Source of the DNA: Promethearchaeia archaeon
GTDB taxonomy: Archaea > Asgardarchaeota > Lokiarchaeia > Sigyniarchaeales > SOKP01
Length of the DNA: 20,131 bases
Assembly (NCBI GenBank): GCA_046483985.1
Contig: JAWOCD010000015.1
Coordinates: 1-20,131 of the forward strand
Direction of reading: 5' to 3'
Positions 8,731 to 16,298 of this stretch are shown here, one piece after another; the first letter of the stretch is position 1, and each line of letters begins with the position of its first letter. Made by a program: the position numbers and the translations under genes. A model generated the notes under the pieces. That model did not search any database, was not told the DNA's origin, and saw only the letters and a program-made list of their open reading frames with translations.

Positions 8731-9043
8731 CAAAAAAGCAAAAGAAAACTTCCTCTTTTAGGATGGAGATGAATTTTGCGTGTAAATCACTAAATATCTT
8801 AAGATCATATATTTAAACAAGTCAAACAATATAAAGTTGGAACAATCTTTATCGGAGATTGGAACAATCTTTATCGGAGATTTGAAACTCCCAAAATATT
8901 ACAGAACTAAGAAAAAACTCAATCAAATGGTTTTAAGAGTTTGGAACCTTAATTTACGGTTGGAGATCCAACCTATATTGTTTAATGTACCGAACACGCA
9001 TTAGAGAATCTGAATCTCACACCTTTAGGCGTGAGGAGATCAA
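8731..9043 (+). mobile_element. Non-autonomous IS200/IS605-family element (internally deleted tnpB/IS1341-type derivative)
   Basis: Left subterminal hairpin CTTCCTCTTTTAGGATGGAG (8749-8768) enclosed by GCAAAA/TTTTGC and preceded by TTTAT (8726-8730). Right hairpin CTCACACCTTTAGGCGTGAG (9016-9035), then TCAA end (9040-9043). Interior translates KQVKQYKVGTIFIGDL..KKKLNQMVLRVWNL, resembling the TnpB RuvC-II region. Confidence 0.78.
8837..8880 (+). repeat. Perfect 22-bp tandem duplication
   Basis: TTGGAACAATCTTTATCGGAGA x2; frameshifts the tnpB remnant. Confidence 0.95.
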
Positions 9044-9060
9044 CTCGGAATTTATAACTA
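8955..9060 (+). ncRNA. Putative TnpB omega-RNA (reRNA) scaffold plus flank-derived guide
   Basis: Successive stem-loops GGTTGGA/TCCAACC (8958-8973), TAATG/CATTA (8983-9003) and the right-end hairpin, ending at TCAA. Position matches known omega-RNAs; boundaries approximate and expression unknown. Confidence 0.45.
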
Positions 9061-9136
9061 ATAATATTCTTTTTAATTGGATTTAATTTTTTATTAATTA
9101 GATATTTTTTTCGATAACAATAAAATAAATGTATAG

Positions 9137-9886
9137 ATGAATAAATTGGATCTAATTAAAGATTTAATATTAGTTCTTTTAGCGTATGGATATATTCTCG
9201 TTACCATCTTAACCCCTATGGTTCTTAAAAAACGGGATAAACTTACCAAATTCCAAGCGAGAAAAACAGTGCATATGTTTACTGGCTTAGTAGTCCTGAT
9301 CGTTCCATTTTTTCGATGGCCTTATTGGGCGATGGTAATTGCCGCAAGTGTAACAACCCTAACATATTTTAGCTCGAAAGACAGTAAGGTAAAATCATTA
9401 AAGGAATTATATGAAACGATTGGGGAAGATGCAGAAGAGAAAGTGGGTTACCTAAAAGGTCCTTTTCATTATTGTTTGTCTGTAACTCTTTTAGTCAGTT
9501 TATTTGCAATATTTGCTCCTGATCAGTTCTATTTTCCCATTTCTGGCATTTTAATTATGATCATATCTGATACCGGAGCGTCCGTTATTGGAAAGAGATA
9601 TGGAAAAAGAAAAATAGATATTTCATATACTAATACCATACGCTCTGTTGAAGGGTCAGTTACTTTTTTCATTTCCGCACTGGTGTTATGTTTTTCTTCA
9701 TTTTACTTTTTTGGGTTAGCAAATCCCTTAAATCAGAAATCTTTATCACTCGAAACGATTATTATTTATTCATTGGTGACGAGTGCATTAGGAACGGTGA
9801 TAGAACTATTTTCCCCCTCTACATGGGACGATTTAACCGTGCCTATTGGTACAACTCTTATTATATTCTTATTAACATTATTATAA
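9137..9886 (+). CDS. CTP-dependent polyprenol/diacylglycerol kinase family membrane protein (phytol kinase/Sec59/Dgk1-like)
   Basis: Polytopic; RKTVH, SDTGASVIGKRYG, RSVEGS, DDLTVP family motifs. Confidence 0.85.
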   Translation: MNKLDLIKDLILVLLAYGYILVTILTPMVLKKRDKLTKFQARKTVHMFTGLVVLIVPFFRWPYWAMVIAASVTTLTYFSSKDSKVKSLKELYETIGEDAEEKVGYLKGPFHYCLSVTLLVSLFAIFAPDQFYFPISGILIMIISDTGASVIGKRYGKRKIDISYTNTIRSVEGSVTFFISALVLCFSSFYFFGLANPLNQKSLSLETIIIYSLVTSALGTVIELFSPSTWDDLTVPIGTTLIIFLLTLL

Positions 9887-9911
9887 ATAAAATTCTTAAA
9901 AAGTGATTATT

Positions 9912-11291
9912 ATGGAAAATCTTAACCAAACTTTTGATGTTATTGTAGTGGGCGCAGGTACTGGAGGATCAACGGCGGCTCGATTTGCCGCAAAACATGG
10001 CTTAAAGGTATGTTTAGTTGATACCAAAAAGAAGGAGAAAATTGGCGATAAAATTTGTGGAGATGCTATTGGCACAGAGATCTTCAATTTTCTGAATATA
10101 GACCCTCCTAAAGGAGAGGAATTATCTTGTCATATAAAAGGTGGGAAGTTATATCCTCCCAATATGAGCAAATCTATTAATTTGACCGACCCTAAACAAG
10201 CTGGATATATAGTTCATCGTTTAGAATTTGGGCAACGTCTATTAAAGGAAGCATTGGATACGGGAGTGGATGTGTTTTTAGACCGGACCACTGCATTGGA
10301 CTTGATGTATGATGGTAATCAAGTATGTGGAATCAAGGCAAAAATCAAAAATGGAGAGACCTTGGAATTACGTGCAAACATGGTTATTGATGCGAGCGGC
10401 TTTTATTCCCCATTGCGAAACAAAATAAGAAGTGAGTTCATTGAGAATAAGATTCCCAAAAGTGACTCTATCTTGTGCTATAGAGAGATTATTAACTTCC
10501 CCACAAATGACCAGAAAATAATGGATAAAAACTTCATTACAATTGTTTTAGACCAAGAAAAAGCGCCGGGAGGGTATATTTGGTATTTTCCGAAAAATGA
10601 CCATTCCATTAATATTGGTCTTGGAGTCTTCATGGATTATAAGGGAAAAGTGAAGGATTTCTATCATCAGAATGTCTTTAATCAATTCGTTGAGACCTCT
10701 AATTTTGGGATTGAATCTACGGGCGGTGGGGTGGTTCCCGTGCGAAGACCACTCTGGTCCTGTGCAGAGGCGGGGATTATGTTTGTTGGAGATGCAGCGT
10801 GTCAAGTGAATCCGCTTCATGGGGGAGGAATTGATCCTTCGATGAGAGCGGGATATTACGCCGCAAAGGCCGCCAAAAAAGCGATTGAAGCGAATGATTA
10901 CTCCTTGAGTCAGTTATGGTCCTATAATGTTGATGTGATGCGGAATTTTGGAGCCGAATATGCGGCGTTAGATCTATTGCGCATTGTTTTACAAAGATTA
11001 AATAATGACGCCTTAAATTTTGGATTAGGAAAAGATCTGTTAACCAGTTCTGAGATATTAGATATTGCTTCTGAGGGCCAAATTAAATTATCGATAACTG
11101 ATATGATCTCTAAGGCATTAAAAGGGATCGCGCAGCCGAAATTATTATTAGATTTAAATTATTTACGGATTCAAATGGATGAGATAGCCAATCATTATCG
11201 TCAATTCCCTAGTTCCGTTGTAAGCTTTGAGGTATGGAAAAAAGAGGCAATTGAAATTTATGATAAAGTTAAAAAAACAAAATTTGGGTGA
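9912..11291 (+). CDS. Digeranylgeranylglycerophospholipid reductase (geranylgeranyl reductase family)
   Basis: DVIVVGAGTGG FAD motif, KICGDA, PGGYIWYFPK, VGDAACQVNPLHGGGI; lipid-operon context; alternative GTG start at 9903. Confidence 0.9.
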   Translation: MENLNQTFDVIVVGAGTGGSTAARFAAKHGLKVCLVDTKKKEKIGDKICGDAIGTEIFNFLNIDPPKGEELSCHIKGGKLYPPNMSKSINLTDPKQAGYIVHRLEFGQRLLKEALDTGVDVFLDRTTALDLMYDGNQVCGIKAKIKNGETLELRANMVIDASGFYSPLRNKIRSEFIENKIPKSDSILCYREIINFPTNDQKIMDKNFITIVLDQEKAPGGYIWYFPKNDHSINIGLGVFMDYKGKVKDFYHQNVFNQFVETSNFGIESTGGGVVPVRRPLWSCAEAGIMFVGDAACQVNPLHGGGIDPSMRAGYYAAKAAKKAIEANDYSLSQLWSYNVDVMRNFGAEYAALDLLRIVLQRLNNDALNFGLGKDLLTSSEILDIASEGQIKLSITDMISKALKGIAQPKLLLDLNYLRIQMDEIANHYRQFPSSVVSFEVWKKEAIEIYDKVKKTKFG

Positions 11292-12118
11292 AACCTATGG
11301 CAGATCTTAACTTTTCCGACCGAAATGACTCATCTACTTATGAATATATTATCAATAAACTAAATAAGGAAGGAGCACTGCATTTTTCGCTGATTGATCC
11401 CGATCCGTTACGGCAAACCCCCTCAACTGCGGCAGAAATGGCGATTTATGCTCAAGAGGCGGGGACCGATGTGATCTTGGTCGGGGGAAGTACCGCCCAT
11501 GACCAAAGGTATGTGGACAAGACTATAGAACGTATAAAAAAGAAAGTAAAGGTCCCCATCATCATTTTCCCGGGAGGAGTTTCCAACGTTTCCAAAAATG
11601 CGGATGCCATCTTATTTATGTCATTGCTGAATTCCACCGATCCGTATTTTATTATCGGGCAACAAGCATTATCTTCATATATGATTAAATTAGCCGGATT
11701 AGAGGCAATTTCTATGGGTTATCTAATAATTGAACCCGGTGCCACAGCGGGATGGATTGGGGATGCGAAATTATTACCCCGCAGAAAGCCAGAACTGACT
11801 GCAGCTTATTCATTAGCGGCACAGATGTACGGCTTTAAACTCATCTATTTAGAAGCGGGCTCGGGTGCGGAAAGTATCCCCCCTGAAATCATTAAACTGT
11901 GCAGACGCGTCTTGAATATCCCCATTGTGGTAGGGGGTGGAGTCTCCTCGAAGGAGGATGCCAAAAAATTCATCGAAGCTGGGGGAGACATCATCGTAAT
12001 GGGGACCTTTTTGGAAGACCATATTTTAGATGATGAAGGAGACTCGTTGAAGCCCATCATAGATGAAATTAAAGCAGTGGGAGCCTCCCAAAAGAAAGAT
12101 TTCAACTTACTCACATAA
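11288..12118 (+). CDS. pcrB: Geranylgeranylglyceryl phosphate synthase (group II GGGPS)
   Basis: LIDPD, VGGST, IFPG, ADAILFMSLLNS, MGYLIIEPG, YLEAGSGA, VGGG; GTGA overlap with the GGR stop. Confidence 0.95.
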   Translation: MKPMADLNFSDRNDSSTYEYIINKLNKEGALHFSLIDPDPLRQTPSTAAEMAIYAQEAGTDVILVGGSTAHDQRYVDKTIERIKKKVKVPIIIFPGGVSNVSKNADAILFMSLLNSTDPYFIIGQQALSSYMIKLAGLEAISMGYLIIEPGATAGWIGDAKLLPRRKPELTAAYSLAAQMYGFKLIYLEAGSGAESIPPEIIKLCRRVLNIPIVVGGGVSSKEDAKKFIEAGGDIIVMGTFLEDHILDDEGDSLKPIIDEIKAVGASQKKDFNLLT

Positions 12119-12168
12119 AATCACGATTTCCTCTTTTACTTATTTAAATTATAGGGACGGATAAAGTT

Positions 12169-13038
12169 ATGAATTTTAAGGACGCTGTGGAGATAACGAG
12201 GCCAATTAATGGCCTTATGGGGAGCTTAACTGTTTTCATCGGAATTCTTAACACGCGTACTGGAGTCTCATCTATTAATTTAGTATTGAACATCATTCTC
12301 GGAATTTTGACTTATTTTTTTCTCTCTGGAGCTGGGATGGTCATCAATGATATCTACGACTTGGAAATTGATAAAATAAATCGTCCCGAACGACCTATCC
12401 CTCGCGGTTCCATCTCCCTTTCGCAAGCCAAACAACTCTATGTCATCCTCCTTTGTATTGGGCTGAGTCTTTCTTTTCTCCATATGATTCTTCTGGAGTT
12501 GCATCCCGTAGTTTTTATTATTGCGGTTATTTTTGCCTTTATCGGATGGCTTTACGCAGTATGGGGGAAGAAGCAAGGTTTTCTCGGAAATATTATCGTG
12601 AGTGTCTCCTATTCTATAGGATTAATTTACGGAGCTTTGCTCAATTCCGAGATGCCGATTTATATCTATCTATTCTTTTTAACATCCTTTAGCTTGTTAA
12701 TGGCGAGGGAGATTATTAAGGGCTGTGAAGATATTAAAGGAGACACAGAAGAAGGGGTAAAAACCTTGGCTATTACTCTTGGGATTAATAAAGCAGTTAT
12801 TTTGGGAGTTCTCTTTCAGATATTAGCAATCTTATTCTTTATTTTTCCCCTATTTACGAGCATTATTAATCCGGTCTTATTTCTCATATTTATGTTCCTT
12901 GGTCTAGTCGTCGTAGGTTATGCTCTTCTTCTTTCTTTTAACCATAATCAGCAAAAAGACCGATTTAGTAAGATAAGTTTGTTATTGAAAGTCGGTGCCT
13001 TGTTCGGTTTACTTGCCTTTCTTTTTGCCAGTATTTAG
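12169..13038 (+). CDS. Digeranylgeranylglyceryl phosphate synthase (UbiA prenyltransferase family)
   Basis: RPIN, NDIYDLEIDKINRPERPIPRG, REIIKGCEDIKGD, KTLA; many TM helices; follows GGGPS. Confidence 0.93.
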   Translation: MNFKDAVEITRPINGLMGSLTVFIGILNTRTGVSSINLVLNIILGILTYFFLSGAGMVINDIYDLEIDKINRPERPIPRGSISLSQAKQLYVILLCIGLSLSFLHMILLELHPVVFIIAVIFAFIGWLYAVWGKKQGFLGNIIVSVSYSIGLIYGALLNSEMPIYIYLFFLTSFSLLMAREIIKGCEDIKGDTEEGVKTLAITLGINKAVILGVLFQILAILFFIFPLFTSIINPVLFLIFMFLGLVVVGYALLLSFNHNQQKDRFSKISLLLKVGALFGLLAFLFASI

Positions 13039-13424
13039 TAACATTTTTGGACATTTTTCTTGGACATTGTTTATCGGCTTTTTGTGTCTTCTAAATTTGT
13101 GCTGAGTTCCTGGCTCATCTTTGTGTCACAAATGAATATTTTTTAAATTCGGAAAAAAGTTGATGGGCTCTAAAATACGATAAGAGACCTTCTTCTTATA
13201 TATTATAATTTTAATGTGGGATGTGGGGGACAGGGAGAACATTTTCTAAGATTAAAAATGAAAATGTGACACATCGGGATTTATGGATATTTATTATTTA
13301 GAAGATACTTAAAGAAATTCTATTATTGTTGAAGAATTTAAAATCTTTCAGCCGCCTCTTAAATTGAAAGTATCACATATGAAAAAAGTTTAGAAATTTC
13401 CCGATTAAATTAAACTTTTTACAG

Positions 13425-14105
13425 TCAATCGGTGTATGTTTCCGTAAAATGGACGTAGAGCGATATTAAGAGCAAATATCCAACTACTGATAGAATAGCT
13501 GCCCATTCGAGCATTGGAAAGATCCAAATATCAGGTCGACTATCAAAATTTACCGATAAATCACTGGGATTTCCCGAGAAGGTAAAGGAGAGCAAGCATG
13601 TATAAACAACAGCCACGAAAATCCCTGCAATGCTAAACAATTTAGGAATGTGTTGCTTCTTTTGAAGTAGTATCGTAATTGTGAATAATGTTATTGTGAT
13701 TAAAGCTCCAAAGAAAAACCCCATCGCAACGGTATAATGGGGAATCAGATAATTCATCGGAAAGACTCCCACCAAGCTCGAGCAGAGGGAAGTTACAATC
13801 CCTATGATCATTGCAAGTTTAGCCAACCAGTGTTTAATATATATCCCTAATCCAATCATAAAGCCGAGATAAAAGATCCCGCCGATAAACAGACCGATAT
13901 TGAATACGTATGCTAAATGGGAGACGCCCAGTTCTCCTAATTCAGATACAAAATGATTTAACAGGGAATATGCTTCTCCTTGCCGTCCACTATAACCTAT
14001 TTGAGGAATAAATAATGCACATAATACAAACACTGAACCGATAATTCCCCATCTTGCAAAAGCTCCTTCTTTCGCCCATTGTTTCAGTTTATTAATTATG
14101 TTCAT
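13425..14105 (-). CDS. DUF998-like membrane protein
   Basis: About 6 TM helices; YSLLNHFVSELG, FNIGL, LVGVFP, H, EW pattern typical of DUF998/Frag1-like proteins. Confidence 0.8.
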   Translation of the reverse strand: MNIINKLKQWAKEGAFARWGIIGSVFVLCALFIPQIGYSGRQGEAYSLLNHFVSELGELGVSHLAYVFNIGLFIGGIFYLGFMIGLGIYIKHWLAKLAMIIGIVTSLCSSLVGVFPMNYLIPHYTVAMGFFFGALITITLFTITILLQKKQHIPKLFSIAGIFVAVVYTCLLSFTFSGNPSDLSVNFDSRPDIWIFPMLEWAAILSVVGYLLLISLYVHFTETYTD

Positions 14106-14395
14106 AGTTCTTAAATATGATCTATGTCCTATTCCTAAAAAGGATATGATCTTTAGAAAATCTGAACATTATTCAATTGAATGTCAAGAAATGTGTGACA
14201 TATGAAGAATATTTATTTTTTCCCTTCTAATTTAAAATATTTTTACACTCCTATATTTAGGAGAAAATACCGTGATGTCCCCCCCTTCTGAAAAAACGAA
14301 AAAAGAATTTAAACTTGCAGGCGGGTGGCACCAAAATCCCAAGATTTTTCCCCTTTTTTTTTAAGATTTGTAACACATTGGGAACTAGAAAAAAT

Positions 14396-14737
14396 TCAAT
14401 TCTCATTTTCCGTAGTGTTTTTTAGCGGAAATTTCTTTAAATACTTGATTTTTTTGCTCACTTTCTTAATGGTCTTGTTTTTTGCATTTTGTTTCATTAA
14501 AAATCTCAGAAGTTCTAGTTTCTCCTTAATGAGCTTATTCAGCTCTTTTTCTGGCTTATTGGAGTTCTCTATTTGAAACCGAATCTTTTGTTTCCATTTC
14601 AGTTGCTGTTTCATGAATTTTTTAAATTTTCTCACCATCCGGAAGTCCCAGCATTCATAAATTATTCGCTCTTCTTCATTAAACCGAATAGTTTTAAACA
14701 TCCCTGGAGATTTTTTCTTTTTTTGGGTAACCGTCAT
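14396..14737 (-). CDS. Lysine-rich hypothetical protein (113 aa), possible DNA-binding protein
   Basis: Very basic, helical; KTIRFNEEE resembles the beta-strand/helix start of ribbon-helix-helix proteins. Low complexity, so it could be spurious. Confidence 0.5.
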   Translation of the reverse strand: MTVTQKKKKSPGMFKTIRFNEEERIIYECWDFRMVRKFKKFMKQQLKWKQKIRFQIENSNKPEKELNKLIKEKLELLRFLMKQNAKNKTIKKVSKKIKYLKKFPLKNTTENEN

Positions 14738-14963
14738 GCAAGATGGTCTAGAAATAATTATTTAATGACCGAGAAAAAAGTGGAAATGTGTCACATTTGA
14801 GAAACTGAACTAAATCTCAACTATACCATATTTTTCTAAAAAGTTTTTATCCTTCTTCCTTATTGAGGAAAAAGTGTTTAACTAACTATAAAAAGCCCTT
14901 TTGAAAGATGAAAATAATGAATTAATAATTGCACATATATAATTTGCCTCCTTATTTAATAAT

Positions 14964-16151
14964 ATGTTGAATCATCGATTAATAGACGCTCCCCGCGAGC
15001 CCTCTGAATTTGTGGAAAGTGCAGTCCAATTTTTACGGAAACATGCGGATAAAAAAAAGGTCTTCTGTGCATTATCTGGTGGTATAGACAGCTCGCTCAC
15101 TTATGCCCTTCTTAATAAGGCGGAAATCAATACGATTCCGGTTTTTATTGACCATGGCCTAATGCGAATAATCAACGGGAGGGAAGAACGAGAAGAAATT
15201 AAGGATTTGTTTCCTGATGTTCAAATCATCAATATCCGGGATAAGTTTCTTCCCAAGATCTATGGTGAAGAGGAGGCCGAGAAAAAACGCCAATTATTTA
15301 AAGATGCCTATTCTGGAGTAATTAGTAGAGTGATCAAGGAGGAGAATTGTGACTTATTGGCGGATGGAACAATTCTTCCGGATATTGAGGAAAGTTTTGG
15401 GGTGGATATTTCTGATTTGAAGGAAACGATGTCGCTCGAGGAAGAACAAACATTATTAGAAGAGAACTTTGATGGATTTGTCAAGAGTCAGCACAATCTC
15501 AATATAGAATATGACGTGGAAGCGACCATTCAGCCCGTGGCGAGTTTAACCAAAAATGAGGTGCGAGAGGTATTAGACTATCTCGAGATGCCTCAAAGAT
15601 TAGTGTATCGAAAAGCATTTCCTGGCCCTGCGTTAGCAGCACGTATTATTGGAGCTGTTTCGGAGGAAAATCTGAAATTCGAAAAACAAGTGCATGATAT
15701 TGTGGAGTCCACCGTCAATAATTATTACACAGAAAACCACGGCAAACCGATGATCATTAATGAGAAAGGGGAACAAGAGCCATTTCAAGTATTTGCTGCC
15801 ACGAGCGAGCAAATCTTAGAGAAAAAAGTAACGGGGATGATTCACGGCAAACGAATCTACGATTATCCTCTTGGTGTAAAAGGCAAATGGGACTTTGGTA
15901 AATTGACTGCGTCCTCATCTCACTTGGACGGTTATTCCCGGATGTTTTATGAATTGCATAGGGAAGCACAAGGAAAATTTGATGTGGTCATTCGAAGTGT
16001 CAATAGTATTGATGCCCGGACGGCTTCAGTCACAGAATTATCCCCCGAGTTGTTGAATATATTAAAGGATAAGATTCAGAATGTTCCCAACTCGAGGAAC
16101 ATCTATTTTGATATAACTCCGAAACCGCCAGGAACTATAGAATATGTCTAA
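14964..16151 (+). CDS. guaAB: GMP synthase subunit B (ATP pyrophosphatase), enlarged
   Basis: ALSGGIDSS PP-loop, IDHGLMR, EKKR, GTILPDIEES, KSQHN, FPGPALAARI, SIDARTA, C-terminal DITPKPPGTIEYV; no GATase domain. Confidence 0.88.
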   Translation: MLNHRLIDAPREPSEFVESAVQFLRKHADKKKVFCALSGGIDSSLTYALLNKAEINTIPVFIDHGLMRIINGREEREEIKDLFPDVQIINIRDKFLPKIYGEEEAEKKRQLFKDAYSGVISRVIKEENCDLLADGTILPDIEESFGVDISDLKETMSLEEEQTLLEENFDGFVKSQHNLNIEYDVEATIQPVASLTKNEVREVLDYLEMPQRLVYRKAFPGPALAARIIGAVSEENLKFEKQVHDIVESTVNNYYTENHGKPMIINEKGEQEPFQVFAATSEQILEKKVTGMIHGKRIYDYPLGVKGKWDFGKLTASSSHLDGYSRMFYELHREAQGKFDVVIRSVNSIDARTASVTELSPELLNILKDKIQNVPNSRNIYFDITPKPPGTIEYV

Positions 16152-16298
16152 CTACTTACTTAAATTCTCTTTTTTAACCCCGCCGGCTATATAGACGTGA
16201 TCAAGATGACTGTAGCAACTAGTTGAAATAACTCTGAGCAAACTTGGACATCATTTAAATTAAAACTTTTTATAATTGATCTATGCCTACCTTATATT

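Larger units (their letters stand above)
13120..14798. repeat. Dispersed palindromic motif TGTG(T/A)CACA, 5 strong copies plus 1 weak, all intergenic
   Basis: TTTGTGTCACAAA 13120-13132; ATGTGACACAT 13264-13274; AGTATCACA 13369-13377 (weak); TGTGTGACA 14192-14200; TGTAACACA 14369-14377; AAATGTGTCACATTT 14784-14798. Confidence 0.7.

Noticed and set aside
8837-8880. 22-bp (and 6568-6610) direct repeats as a mini-CRISPR
   Set aside because: Only two copies, zero or 11-nt spacer, no cas genes; simple slippage duplications.
12298-12307. CTCGGAATTT in DGGGPS matching the first 10 nt of the putative omega-RNA guide
   Set aside because: Only 10 nt, not preceded by TTTAT; compatible with chance.
13122-14795. 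Tn7/Mu-like transposon with TGT...ACA ends
   Set aside because: No target-site duplication at any site pair I checked and no transposase.
14325-14800. Plus-strand ORFs 14325-14576 and 14573-14800
   Set aside because: Phe-rich antisense mirrors of the Lys-rich minus-strand ORF.
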